DNA of 64,000 nt from the NCBI GenBank assembly GCA_904063045.1, contig CAJFCJ010000018.1:434001-498000 (forward strand), given 5' to 3'. The stretch is from Dimorphilus gyrociliatus (lineage: Eukaryota; Animalia; Annelida). The notes beneath the pieces were generated by a model. It had not been told where the DNA came from, searched no databases, and saw only the letters and a program-made list of their open reading frames with translations. Position numbers and translations under genes: made by a program. Positions 37,597-51,657 of this stretch are shown one piece after another (within the stretch, counting starts at the first letter, position 1; every line of letters begins with the position of its first letter).

Positions 37597-38622
37597 AATT
37601 AAGATGAAATTTGATGAACAAAATATAATATCTGTATTATATTTAGGTCAAGTTCTTCCACCTACTTTTCATTCAATATTTTCTTTTCTCAAAGGTTATA
37701 CTTTTGAAAATGTGAAAAATGAAATACTTTTGTTAAGCCAATCCATGTGATGAAAATATACTATTATTCACTGTAAACAGTATAAATTAGATTTTTACAA
37801 TAAAAATATTAAATTGAAATTATAGTATTGATAGATTGTTATAGTTCTAGATGCCAAATGAGTTACTCTTTCAGCTAACCATTCACAGAATGGTCACCGG
37901 TGAGAAAGTAAATAAAAGGCTAGAGGGCACCACATGTGAAGAGTCTCCATATTCTATAATGGCTTTCAAATAACATGTAGGAAGGTCAAGGTTATACTAT
38001 TGTCTTGACTTTCAATATTTTGTTTTTGACAGTACATCCCGTATTCAATGAGAATATTTATTAAGATCGACTTATAGTGTGTTTCAATACTTGATTTATT
38101 ATATAATAATTTATCACATATTTCACATGTACATCTTCTTTTAAGGTATAAAAAACTTCTCATCTGTGTCATTTTTTGATACCAAGTATAAAAAAAAACC
38201 AGAGACTAACAATTTTTTATTATTCTCGAAAAAAGAAAATATCAATATCAAATGTATTAATTCATTGTATACGCTTGATTTATTGAAATGACACACGCCA
38301 AAATGTTCCATCATTATTATGATTCTAACAAATTAAACTTGAATATCTTTCAGGTTTCTACTGTGAATAAGAAAATCTCAAGTTCAAGAAATATTTATAT
38401 TAGATTCTAATGGTAAGAATCTACGTTTTCCACATTCTTTCTCACAAAGCACATATTCAATTCAGAGTATTTTTTTTACTGGTACATTGATAGGTAAATG
38501 TAAGTAAAGTAGTAGTAACTTGAAAGGAAATTAATTTGCTAGTGACTGCTTTAATGTTAAAATATATTGCTTTCATTTTGCTTACATTATTTTTTAAAAC
38601 TGCTTTGCAATTTTGATATATT

Positions 38623-41600
38623 AGCAGTCAAACTGGCAACTGACGGGAAGCAGAATACAGAGGAGTCCGTTTACGAGGATCTCGGCGAATTAAATTTGAA
38701 AGATTCCAGGCATACTCACCGATACTCGGATTCCGCTACATTAACAGGTAATTTGTCAAAGAAGTAAAATATTCAAACTTTCTTATTCTGAATCATCTTA
38801 TAGATATATGCTGTAATAGAGAATTAGACGAAGTTTCCTTGGTTTCTCTAATTAAAGAAACAATTCCTCAATATCGTCTACGGGCTGATACCTTCACAGA
38901 TTTTGGAGGATACGCCAATTCTGGTATAAATTATATTCATTGCAGAAGGACTTTATTAATTTTTACCCTAGATTGGATACATACTCCTGTATTACCAAGT
39001 GATCACGATCTTCCTCTATCGGTCGAAGTTATTGAAGAAACCCTGAATTACTTTAGTATGTTTTATTTCATTTTAGAATTCTTGTACTAGTTAGTATCAA
39101 CGAAAAATTTGAAGAAATGATTTAGCTCTATAGATCATTTTTCTATATTTTATTGATACAAATAATTATTATGTTTATTGATTGTGCGTATCTCGTGACA
39201 ACAAGTTCAGGTGAATAGATCAATAGGCCTTTTTCTATAGCCTAGCTTCTTTATATGAGCTATAATAGGTACATTTAAATTTGTGAGGCTCAAAACTGTA
39301 TAAGAAGATAATGTACTCCAAGTATAAGAAAATATCAGCGATTAAGCTGATAAAGCAATAAATACATTATTAGCCGCAGTTTGAAAATATTATACAGAGA
39401 TCTGAATCAAGGAATCTTGAAATTTGGAGTGATTAATAACACAAGCTTGTGGCAAGAAGCCCACTTATATCTATATTTATTAAGGAAACATGTATAAAAA
39501 CATCTGTTAAATTTGGAATACAATGGTTGAAAATCAATATAAGTCAGTACATAATGCTAAAGATGAAGTATACGAATCCTTTGGGGATAATGGATATAAT
39601 CAACAGCTGATTAGTGAAGGTTACAATAGATGTTTTATTTTGTTTGTGAATATAGCAAGAGCTTATATAGCTCCCTTTTCACCTTGAACTATACATACCT
39701 GTCATGTACACCAATCACGCACCCCTGTTTCTTTTCTTATGGCAGATAGAAAATGCACAATAAGAGCTGCAGTTGAGAGTGATAGATAATAACGATCTAA
39801 TTTCCATTGTATTTGCCAAATTGTGACTCTATCAACTACTGCATCATTGTGATCTAAATTTCAATGTAAATTTCCTTTGATCTTGTAGGTTCTTATTTAC
39901 CTTTTAACCAACATGAAATTTACGTGCACTTGAAATAGTATATTCATTTTTCAGTTTTGTGTGGCGATCGATTGACTCAAATGACGAAAACCTACAATGA
40001 TATTGATGCTGTTACTCATTTACTAGAAGAAGTAGATTTTCAAATAACAAAATAGAAGTATTTAAGTGAAAGTATTATTTTATTTCAGAAAGAGAAGGAT
40101 TTAGAATTGGCTGCGCGAATAGGTCAAAGTCTTCTTGAAAGAAATAAACAACTTGAGAGTCTAAGTGAAAATTTAGAATGTCAATTAGAGGATGCCACTG
40201 AAAAATCCAAGCAACTTCAGCACGAATTGTGTATGAAAGATTCTTTGCTACACTCTTACTTGCAAAGCGATCAAGAAACAGATGTTTTAGAGTAATTATT
40301 TTTATCTCTACTTCAGCTAACATTATACTGATTGCGATCATACTTCACTTTCCAAAGGTCTGAACAAAGGAAGAGTGATGGGAGAGGGGTAGTGTACTTA
40401 GAAGCGTTACAAAAAAAAGTAAATTTTCTCGAACGAGAAAATGAATGTCTTAAGGAAAGAACAGTTCATTGTCTAACTGATACTGATCAACTTGTGTCCA
40501 AGGAGGAAGCACTAGTTCAGGAGTTAATGAAGGAGCTAGAGGTATCCAGAACAAATTCAAATAATTTTCAGACAGAAGTGGCAAATCATTTGGAAATCAT
40601 ACATGATCAAGAAGAGAAAATATTGTTTCTTGAAAATGAGATATCATTAGTTAGAGAAACTGTGAAAAAATTATCTGATGAAAATAATGAGTTAATAATC
40701 ATTATTGAGCATGGCAAGGAAACAGAGAGACTTTTGTCTATAAAGTTGACAGAAGCGGCAGAAAAGCTAAATGAGATGGAAATATCTTTTGAAGAAAAAT
40801 GTAGAGAGTTGAATGATATTAACTTAAGATCAATGTCTGATCACTGTTCCTTTCACTATAGTTCAAATACTGAGTCTCTATTGAATGAACTTAGAACTTC
40901 TGTTTGTAAGGATCCCAACGATCCGGATGGAAAATTTATTCGCCAAATGCAAACACAGCAAGAAAATGCAATTAGTACGCTCAAGTGTGTTAACAAATCT
41001 CAACAATCTGAATTTACCTATGAAATGAGTCAAGGCTGTCTGAACCAAGGATCAATGTTTTTTACAGACTGCGACCGTGAATCTTCAATGGTATCCGAAC
41101 AACAGTCACAGAATAGTTGGGAGAGAGAGCTAGGAAACTTTTCATCAAGGAGATGTTCGTCATTTGGAGCTGACTTTTCATCAAAATCATCTGTCAGTTT
41201 ACCCGGACTTTCAAGCATTTTTAGACACTCTGAGAAATTACAATTAATTAAACCAATTAAAGGTAAAGAAAGCATGACCTTTCTATATTTTAATAAATAT
41301 TACTGATTATAGGTTCAATTACTATGGAGCATTGGCAAAGACTAGCTCATTCAGACCTTACTACCATTCTGAATTTTCGGCCAGGAATTACTTCAAAATT
41401 TTGCAAAGAAATAAATCATTCAGTAACGCAAGGTAATATGCCGTATCTGACTGAATCACAGACCAAGATTGCTTTTATTTGAATTTTTTCAAACAGATCA
41501 ACTGCTGCCTAGAAACTTTCTGAAGGAAAAAAGGTTTAAAAAGCTTATAACTTGATGTATTCTTACGTTTTAATATTTGCAGAAGCAGCGATAGTATTTG

Positions 41601-41877
41601 GAAAAAATTATCACTGAACGAAGAGTCAACGAATAGATCAATAGGCTTAAATTGCCTTTCTGATACAAAGAGTTTTATTCAACTGCGAAATTTACATAAT
41701 AGTTCCACAATTATCGACGCCATCGGTTCTGTAGCTGGCTTTAGCTTGCATGAAAAGACTGATAATCGCAGAGGAGTTCGATTAAGATATTTAGAGTTGT
41801 CTTGTGAATGCCACTCATGTGATGGAAATAATTTGTGTGATACTTGCAAATGTTTAAAAATAACTAGCTATATTTAA
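38623..41877 (+). CDS. TRAK: Trafficking kinesin-binding protein (TRAK/Milton, HAP1-N domain); true start not resolved
   Basis: EVSLVSLIKETIPQYRLRADT, EETLNYF|ILCGDRLTQMTKTYNDIDAVTHLLEE|KEKDLELAARIGQSLL, coiled coil, EKLQLIKPIKG|SITMEHWQRLA. Confidence 0.92.
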
Positions 41878-41950
41878 ATTTTGAGTATGTCAAGTACGGC
41901 ACTTTTGATGCTCTCTTTCTGGACTTGAATTAATATTTTAGAACTCTTTA

Positions 41951-42758
41951 TTAAAAAAATTTTACACCACCATCATCACTTTCAAATATTTCGGCTTTGC
42001 CTTCTTTTTCTAGACATTGTAATGCTCTCTTCAATAACCAGACATCCAAACCATAAAATTCTATAGTTAAAAATTAGCTTTATATTCTTGATTTGAAAAG
42101 AAATTTACCTTGATTTTTTGAATTGTCACCATCGGTAATTTCATAGTATGTACACACTGAATTAAGCATTCCTCTTTCAGTTATCTACGACAGTAGCTCT
42201 TATATTTAACTGTGTAATGAGAAGAAAATATTTAACAGACCCATTTATAAATCAATTTTGCCCATTCATCAGGTGAACGCCACATAACCAGGCATCTATT
42301 TCGCCGTTTATCTTCCCATTCCACATTTCCTGATTCATATGACAAAATTTATTAAGCAACTTAAGATAGTTATATTGTACCTCGTCGACGCAATTCTTCT
42401 AAAATGACATATATTTCGTCAAGATTTAGTTTGCCTTTGAAAATTCACATTTATAGACCAGCATTAGGTAACTGAAAGTACACTTACTTACGATCAATAG
42501 ACCGGTTATAAAATAGCTCTGAAGTTTCTGATTCAGCAACATCGAGAGAATACCATTTTTTGTGTTTATAATAGGAGAGTATTAAGGAACACCAGGTATC
42601 TAGTTGCTTCATTTTCGTTTCAACATTCGGTTGAATCCTGAAATACATATATTTAATATCTTTAATAGAAAAGCAGTATAAATTAAAGACTAAATAGTAA
42701 GAATAGATTACGTAAAAAAAGGTGGAAATTTATGCTGCCAGGGAAATTGAAAACTCAT
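41951..42758 (-). CDS. VPS25: ESCRT-II subunit VPS25, multi-exon (absent from the ORF track)
   Basis: MSFQFPWQHKFPPFFT|IQPNVETKMKQLDTWCSLIL..LFYNRSIDR|KL.., ending GGVKFF*. Confidence 0.95.
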
Positions 42759-43014
42759 TATTGTATCTCTTGCAAAAGTAGTTAATTGACTGAGAGATGT
42801 ACGAAACTACTATGACGTCTGTGGAAGTATTTTCGTAGCAAATCTATGATTTTGAACGTATTTTCAAAGGAATACTGAAAATATTTTGGAATAATAGCAA
42901 TAAAGCAAAATGATACGAAATGATATTTTATGAGCGATAATATGGTATTAACTATCTCATATCTCGCCGACTGATAGATTCTTCATTAAGAATTCTTACT
43001 GCTATACGATCGCA

Positions 43015-44457
43015 ATGATATGTGGCAAAATATTTACTACACTCTCAATTAAAAGTATTTTATGATGACATTGTGTTCATGATTCATTTGAACTTTTCAT
43101 TTCAGCTAACTTAGGTCAAGCAAGATGGATTTCATTAACAAAGACTTGTTTTAGTTCAACCAAGTCCAATTTAAGTTCTCTGAGGAAGAAAACTGGCTTC
43201 TCATTTCAAAATTGCAAGTTGGCTCTTAAGAAATTTGATAATAATTTAATAGAAGTAGGTGAAAATAATTTTTGGAATAGAAGTAAGGCCGTCTTATTAG
43301 GCAGAGAAATGGCTAATGAGTGAAGCTCAAAAAGAAGGTTGGACTAAAGCTCAGAAACTCCAATCACGACCAATGTCGCAAGGATTAATAGGCATTGTAT
43401 GTAATGAAAATTATGGAAGCATGGTTGAGGTGGAAATTGGGATTTTTCAGATTTTATGCTAACAATTTAAATTATTATAGGTGAACTGTGAAACAGATTT
43501 CGTTGCAAGAAACGAAAAATTTCTAGAATTTGTGTATGATATAACAAAATGCTTAAGCAAAAGAGTTAAATCAATGAACCCAGGAAAGGTAAATTAACAT
43601 TTAACGTCACTTATCTTTGATAGAATATCTAAGTGGGTCATATCTATGAATAATTTTCCAATCGTTACACAGAAGCTTTTGTTGAAAGAAGAAGTGTCCT
43701 CTTTAACACTGCCAAGCGGCAAATCGATTTCGGACAGTCTAGCATTAACAATAGGCAGCATCGGGGAAAATATTGCTGTTAGAAGAGCATTATTATTTCG
43801 ATCAGAATCTAATCAACGCATCTCTTCTTACATCCATACTGCTGGTAAAAATTGTAAATTATCATTTTTACTTCTAATTTTTTTCCATTAGGAACAAAGA
43901 AAATTCTTATAAACGATTGTGCAATGGGAAAATATGGAACCATTCTGAGTTTTTCTACAAATAGAGAATTTAACGATTGCTCTAGTGCAGAATTAACTGA
44001 GGCAAGTAAATGTATCTTATTTTTAAAGTATATTTATTGTTTTTACCAATAGATTGGAACGATGATTGGTCAACATATTGTTGGAATGAATCCGAAAAGA
44101 ATAGGTACTATTGAAAATTTGAAGAGCTGTAATAACTCTCATAACAAAGAAAAAGCGGAAAGGACTCAAATTAGTGACATTAGCGAAGAGGAGCTAGTAA
44201 AACAAGTAAATAACTTTTCTTCCATCCTTCGTTTAAGCTAAATGTAGACAATTTTTATTGTTATTAGGTAAAGGTATTCGTTATAAGTATATAAACTTAT
44301 ATAATCGTCTTCTTAGTTCTCAAGGTGCTTTAATATTTATATTTACTCATAGGAATGGTTGTTAAACCCGAATCAAACGGCTGGTAGCTGGCTAAACGAA
44401 AACGGAATTATCATTTCTGACTTTACGCGATTTGAATGTGGAGAAGAAATACTTTAG
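43015..44457 (+). CDS. TSFM: Mitochondrial elongation factor Ts, multi-exon
   Basis: Presequence-like first exons, LSSLRKKTGFSFSNCKLAL, EAQKEGWTKAQKL..SQGLIG, VNCETDFVARN, IGENIAVRRA, GQHIVGMNP, FTRFECGE*. Confidence 0.94.
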
Positions 44458-44812
44458 TATCCAATGTAAGGACAAAAAGGAATTTGAAAAATTTGGTTAA
44501 GATGAACTACAAGGCAGACAGAATATTTCATTGGACTTCTTTGGAGATATTTAATTTCTATTATTATAGATACGTTGTGAAGCCAATTTCATAATAAATT
44601 AATATTTTGCTTGCTACAATATAATTTGTGGTATTAATCATTTACATAATTTATCACAAAGATATCTACCTTTTTAAACGTAGCACTTATCAAAAAATTC
44701 TATCAACAATACTATGATTTGATTTTTTATTTAGGAAATTATACTTTGCTTAAAAATATTTTAGAATATATTTGTCAAACTGTCTGCCAACTAGTTTCAA
44801 AGAAAAAGACCC

Positions 44813-44820
44813 TATATAAA
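44813..44820 (+). promoter_or_regulatory. Candidate TATA box of the neuropeptide receptor gene
   Basis: TATATAAA about 47 nt upstream of the ATG, followed by a GC-richer leader. Confidence 0.4.
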
Positions 44821-44866
44821 TGCAGCGCTTGCTTCCGTCGCGGCAGAGCATAGGGAGAACTCACCA

Positions 44867-46644
44867 ATGGCGTTAAGTCATTCAGATAACTCATCTTTCT
44901 TCTTTAGAAATGTCAGTCAGAAAGAACCACAAAAATATTGGAAGGTATGGTACCAGATGGCATGTTATTTTTATGAAGAATACTCTATAACTATCGCAAT
45001 GAACAGTCTAATAGTTCTATATTTTCTGGACTATTAGCTTTTTAGTAGTATATTAGGTCGAATAAATGATCACTTTATTATCGCTTGTGAATGAAATTTT
45101 TATAGATTAATTTAGGTTTAATCAATTAAAGCTAAGAAACGAAATTTAGTTAAGTACTCTATCTGGTTTCGATTTGACAGATAATTGCTCGATCATTATG
45201 GGTTATGTCTTCTTTTGAAACATAGCAAACGTTAATTAAATGGTAACCCCCACAGGAATTTCAAACTATTTATCTGGGTACAATACTGGTTTTCATACTA
45301 ATTGGAAACGGTTCTGTCCTTGCTGCCATATTTTTTTCCAAGAATCGTGTAAAAGTTCGCATGACTTATTTCATCATGCATCTTGCTGTTGCAGGTGAGT
45401 TTGGATATCTGGATGAAAACTTTCCAACTATCTTGAGTAATAAGACTTATCTCAGAATTATATAATAAAAGACGACTGAAATTTCTGCACAGCTGAGGGA
45501 CATATAATATACAGTTTAATCTCTTAATAATAGCTCATAAAGTTGTGTTCTTTTCTTTTTAGATTTGTTTGTTGGACTTGTAGCTGTCTCATCTGATTTA
45601 GTCTGGAGAATAACTGTTTATTGGTATGCTGGAAATATTATGTGCAAAATTGTAAAATTTTCTCAAGGTTTTATTATGCATGCCTCTTCCTTTCTTCTTA
45701 TATCATTATCCATAGATAGACGAGATGCTATAGTTGAGCCAATGAAGTTTTCTAGTAGTAGTAAGTCATACTAGATTTTTAATGTGAAGTTTAATTGTTC
45801 ATATTTCAGTTAAACGAGCCAAGATATTAGTTTGTGTAGCATGGGTGCTGGCAGCAGTTTTCGCAACGCCTTATACTATTCTTTATAATGAAACAAAAGT
45901 TAGCCATGAGGGAAAAAATGTTACTACTTGTAAAAATACATTCTTTACTAAACCTTGGCATTGGAAATTCTGGTTTAGTTTGAGTATGACAATAGTATTT
46001 TATTTGCCCATTGTTATCATTCTATGTTGCTACGCTCAAATTATTTATGCAATATGGAGAAAATCTACTATTCTACTTGGCAATAGAAGAAATTTTACTG
46101 AAACCTGCAATTTACCTTGTCAAAGGGGAACTAGTGTATCTTCTCGTGGTATTATACCTAGAGCAAAAATTAGAACAATCAAGATGACATTCTTAATCGT
46201 TTTAGGTATGTAAGAGAATTTAATATTTTAAGGTTTAACAATATAGACAATTTTTCAGTATTTATGCTTTGTTGGAGTCCTTATCTTATTATTAACCATT
46301 TGAATATATACGGCGTTCTTTTAGACAATTATAGACCGCTTATTATTTTAGTCAACAGCATGTGCTATTTTAATTCAGTAGCAAATCCAATTATATATGG
46401 AGTGTATTCATCAAAGATATGTCAAAATTTCAGGTAAATTAAAATTAACATTTTTACTTATAATTTAAAGTCTTTTACACTTCTTCGCAGTACATGGCTT
46501 CCGATCTGTAATAGATGTGCAAGCCGTACAGATTCTACTAATCGTCGTCTGTCATCCACATACTACAAATCCTTTGAGAGCACACGACTTTCCACCACAA
46601 GAAAAGAGGCAATTCTAATGAAAAAAATAAACGAAGATGAATAA
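44867..46644 (+). CDS. CCAP / neuropeptide-S receptor-type class A GPCR, multi-exon
   Basis: IGNGSVL, MTYFIMHLAVA|DLFVGLVAVSSDLVWRITVYWYAGNIMCK, SIDRRDAIVEPMKFS, SSRGIIPRAKIRTIKMT, CWSPY, NSVANPIIYG. Confidence 0.88.
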
Positions 46645-47234
46645 TTTTATGCTTAATGCATAATAATCTTTACATTAAAAATTTACAAGTGTATAGCATA
46701 ATATTTTTACCATTCAGATTTATAATTAGTCTTTGCATTTAATGATGTGTGAATGTGTTTTTTTTTCTATTTTATTCGATTGCAAAATAACAAAATTAAA
46801 TTCATTTTATTAATACTTAATTCGTTTGAGTTGATTGAAGATGTTTGAAATCGGCTAAATATCGAACAAGAGTTCTTGAAAGAAGATTCGAGTTGCTAAA
46901 AGTTTTGCATATAGCGCCCTCTCTGGTTTATTTATAAAAAAATAGACTTCACTTTCATTTTTCACTGATATGAGATCTTAGACAAAACACTATTTTTGAC
47001 TCCTATGTCAGGATTAAGCTCTGGATACCAAATAAATATATACATTTTATTGAATAGAATATTTTTGCACATTGATAATTCGAAAATCACAAAAAACCCA
47101 AAAATGATTGAGGTTTGTTTTCAGCCTCAAAATACTCAGAAAGTGGAGGTAACGTCAAAACATGCGCTCCCTCAGCGCGTCTCTGGAATCCTATAATCGA
47201 TTGAGTATGCGCAGAATGATGGCGACGGCGGGAA

Positions 47235-48973
47235 ATGTCTGACGAAAGTGGAACTTTCTTTTATCACTCGCCGAATCATCAAGAAGATGATAGGATTCGG
47301 CGAATGGTAAAATTTGATGAATTAGTAACTCTTAATGTTGGAGGTCAGAAATTTGTGATAGGAAAAGATGTTTTAAAAAAAGTGCCAAATACCAGATTAT
47401 CTGCCATTTGTGAAACTGATGGAAATTACAACATTGAAAAGAAGGAGTATTACTTCGATAGAAATCCAGATTTATTCAACTGCATATTGGATTATTATCG
47501 AACGGATGAATTACATTTCCCTCACAATTATTGTGGTCCGACGATATATAAGGAACTAGTCTATTGGCAAATAGAAGAGGGAGAGATATCTTCATGCTGT
47601 TGGAATAGATATAGAGAATTCGAGCAAGAAAAAAAAATTTTCGCTCAAATAGAAAGAGCTTTTGAGTCAAAGACACAGCCAGCAGAAGTATCCGCAGTCA
47701 TTAATTCGCAGTGGGGCATCGAAACTTGGAGAAGACGTCTATGGATATTTCTTGAGGAACCTATGAGCTCTCGGGCAGCAAAAGTAAGTTATAGAAAATT
47801 CGAAGCTGTGAAGTAGGTATAATGGGGAAATGCTAAGAGATAAAAAAAAGTTCCTAGGACTTTAGGGACGCATAAAGAACGCCTTCAGACCGTTGTAAAT
47901 TTGCATGCATTTCGTAGTCTACAGGGAGTCCATGGAAACGTTCAATATCAGCTCGGCATCAAGCAACGGTGCGGATGACTGCAATAGAGCATTTTATTAT
48001 ATTAGCCATCTTTTTCCCTTCGATTTTTAGCTGTAGTTTAAAAGTTTTGTTTCGATAACCATCGTCTAATTCATATTTTCAGATTTGGACAACAATCTTC
48101 TTTAGTTTCGTCCTTTTCAGTATCGCAATTTTATGTGTGGAAACGCATCCAATAGCTAGAGTTCCAAAAGAATTTAATGAAACAAATAGAACGAGGGTTT
48201 CAAAAAAATCGGTTGCAGTAAATAATCCTAAATTGCAGCTACTATTTACAACTAATCCTCATCCTGTTCTCAACTTTTTCGACAAGTTTTGTGCTTGGTT
48301 TTTTACAGTTGAATTGATTGTCAGATTTTTTGTTGCTCCGAATCACATTAAATTCTTTATGTCTGCCATGAACATAATCGACGTTTTATGTGTTCTTCCT
48401 ATGTGGATTAACAATATTCTTAATATTTTCGAGATCAATCTTATCAAAGAGGAGGATATGTCGTTATTGCCTGTATTCTTTTTACTAATGACCTTAAGAG
48501 TGTTACGAATATGTAGAATACTTCGCTTAGCTCGTCATTACACTGGAGTAAAAATTCTGTTATTAGCACTCAAAGCTTCAATGGCAGAGTTAGCAATGTT
48601 GCTCATATTTGTTTTCATAGTCGTTATGGTCTTTTCTGTGGTAATCTATTATGCCGAATTTTTTAGACCAGACACTTTTGGTTCTATATTTGAGGGATAC
48701 TGGTGGGCAATTATCACTTTGACTACTGTCGGCTATGGTGATATGTACCCAAAGAGCGCTGTTGGCTACATAATAGGGGCTCTTTGTGCCCTGACAGGAA
48801 TCTTAGCTACTGGCTTACCGGTTCCAATTATTGCAAATAATTTTAATTTGTACTATTCGCATGCACAGTTGCAAAATGCCGTTGTACAGCGTAAGAATAG
48901 AAAGCGAACAAAGGAAATGATAGCTAATATAGACTCTGAAAACGATGAACCCTTCGACGAAGAGACCCTTTGA
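47235..48973 (+). CDS. Voltage-gated K+ channel, Shaw/Kv3 family, 2 coding exons (intron about 47784-48082)
   Basis: T1 domain LNVGG..YYFDRNPDLFNCILDYYRTDELHFPHNYCGP..CCW, S4 LRVLRICRILRLARHY, pore TTVGYGDMYP, PVPIIANNF. Confidence 0.93.
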
Positions 48974-51657
48974 CATACTTATGAAATGGATAAGATATTC
49001 CATAGAATATTAGGATTTGTAGGTTTAAAGAAATTTCTTCAATTTTCATAAATTTCTACTTTTACTTTTGAGAATAACAACTTACTTTCTCACTATGCAA
49101 AGATTAGAATTCGAAAAGGCGCACATTTACACGCAAAAATATTTAAGGAAAATTGTAGTGTTTATAAATAATTGAAAGAAAACGAATATTAGTGGTGTCA
49201 CAAGAGAGAAGAAACGTCGAGTAAAACAGATGAATATTGACCAGTTCCACAGTTATATTCACTTATAGAAATGCAATAATTTTTACTGTTCTTTTATTTA
49301 AAGAAGCGTGTAACGAGCGCCTTTCTTCAAAATCTAATTGATGTTCGTGCTGAGACTTGGAACTGATCAGTTAATTGCCATTGGGATCGAAACTTCCGTT
49401 TGTAGAAATTCTTTCTAAATTCATTCAGTTATGTTTGTTTAAAAAAAATACTGACCCAAATCTATCTCATGTTTTTGCTTACGTCTTTTTACTGCTTAGT
49501 ATTTTATTTTTTTGCAAGTATAAGCGGACTATTAATCATTTTTCATATGTACTCTTTCAAATTTTTTATTTTCGTTAATTTTTTTAGTTAAATTTCTTGA
49601 AATAGGAGCAAAACATGCAGCAATGCAAGACAACTATTTTAATTATCTTACAGCTTTCTACTATTAATGCAAAATAGAATCGTATATTAAATGAAGGAAA
49701 CTTAATCTATCTCTTGATGTACTCCTCTATTAAGGCAGTTTCATGATTATTTTGAATTTTAAAAATTTCTGCTAATACATATTTTGTAAATCAATTTATT
49801 CGACTTTAAATTCTCTTAAATAGAAGATATCTGCTCAACTTAGAACGATGTTATTTAATAAACAAACTTTCATTTCTCTAATTACTTAATGGTATGATGA
49901 AGTCGACCACTAGGGAAATGTAATTTTCTCTAGATGTCACTAGGAACATTTTGTCGTGACTTCGAAAGTAAGTTGTATTTTTAATTAAAAGAAAAAAAAC
50001 ACTATAGAACGGGGTGGAGAATCTTCTAATGAAGATTAGAATATATAAAAAATTTTCACTAAACACTCAGTAACTTAACAAAATATCGGTCTGTAACTTT
50101 TTTGTGCTCTAACTGGTTAAAGGAAACAATAGCACAAGCCCTATATAAAAGTTTATTATGCACTTCTAAATTGAAAAGGATAGAGAAAATTTTCAGAATT
50201 TAAATTTCCAAGTACTAAAAGTACTAAAAACGTCATACACAACCTGATCCAACGAAGGAGAACCGAAAAATAGTACTTAAAGAATTAAAATTTAAAACAC
50301 ATCCTCTGAGAGAGGGGTGTAGTAATTTTGCCAACAAGCAAGCACATAATAGAACCATTGAAATGTTTAATGAAATTGTTCATTTTTAGCCTCATTATTT
50401 TTTGAGACACTGAACAGAAACATAATTATTGGAATACCAAAGACTTTATTAAGCAGCTTATTGTGGAGAATAACTTTTAGACTCTTTGAATTCTGACTGA
50501 TTCATGTTATAGGATATCACTTCAACTCAACTTATTTTCATAATACATTTTCTTATTATGTGTTATACACCTCTTTCAAAGTATAAAATATTGCATTTGG
50601 GCTGTAGTTTCTTTGAAAGATAACTTTGATGAGCTGTTCTTCTTATGAAAATTTCTTTTATGCAGTCTTATCAAACTAAAAGAGTCTTTTTCTCAGAGTA
50701 TCCTTTTCTCAGGATGGCTTCATTCAATTGTTCATTTTGAGTTTTCAAAATTACCTAGAAAAATACTTGAACTTTATTCTGATTACTTATTTGTATTTTT
50801 AATCTAATCTACTTTATAAAAAGTTACAAGTTACAATTGTATAGTCAATGAGAATGAAGAGGCGCACACCCAAGCTTCTGACGACTAGAGAGCAAAAATG
50901 TCCCTTATTCACGATTAATCTTAAAGGGCTAATGAAAGAGGCAACCTCAATTATCAAAGTTCTAATATATTTTTGAAAACAATCGATTTCCAGTCTTAAC
51001 GTTTAACCCTAAACCCAATCTTATTAGTTATACAAATACCTAACGCGGAAGGGTTGGTATTTTCACTTAAAATTGTGCTTTTAAGGACTTGATATTCATA
51101 CTCAAAGAAACAACTGGTTAATTTTCGGTGAGAAATAAAATATTTTTGGGCTTGAGGATTTATCATTAGGCTGTTTCTGAAATGTTGTATTAAAATATTT
51201 TATACTTTTTCTTGGTAGCATGTTTACTTTAAAAGTGCTGGTATCGAAGCGATCGATTTTATCAGATGACTAGTGTTGTCATCTACATTCGAAATTTGTG
51301 AAAAGGTAGGCACTAAAAAAACACAATTGGAGTTAATTTATATGTTTAATTTATTTTAAAAGATTTATTTCTATAAACTTTTTATAAAATATCTCCAAAC
51401 TATTACTTCCTGAGTTACGCGGCCTCCGCCAACGTTTCTTCGACGTTTTTACATATATATGGTCAATAAATCATTTTTATTATCCACGTGACCTGGTATA
51501 GCCAGTCATCTTTCGAGAATTCTATGCTTTGTTGTGAATCATCACAGTATTACTACGCAGCTAATCATTGCTTGCACAACATTGCGCAAAAGTTCAACAG
51601 AGGCAAACTACAAAACACTGTAATTGTCAATCCTATATTTTCATAACTCTTAAGATC

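Noticed and set aside
45715-45723. DRR instead of DRY in the CCAP receptor
   Set aside because: The third position of the DRY motif is variable among class A GPCRs, so this is not evidence of lost function.
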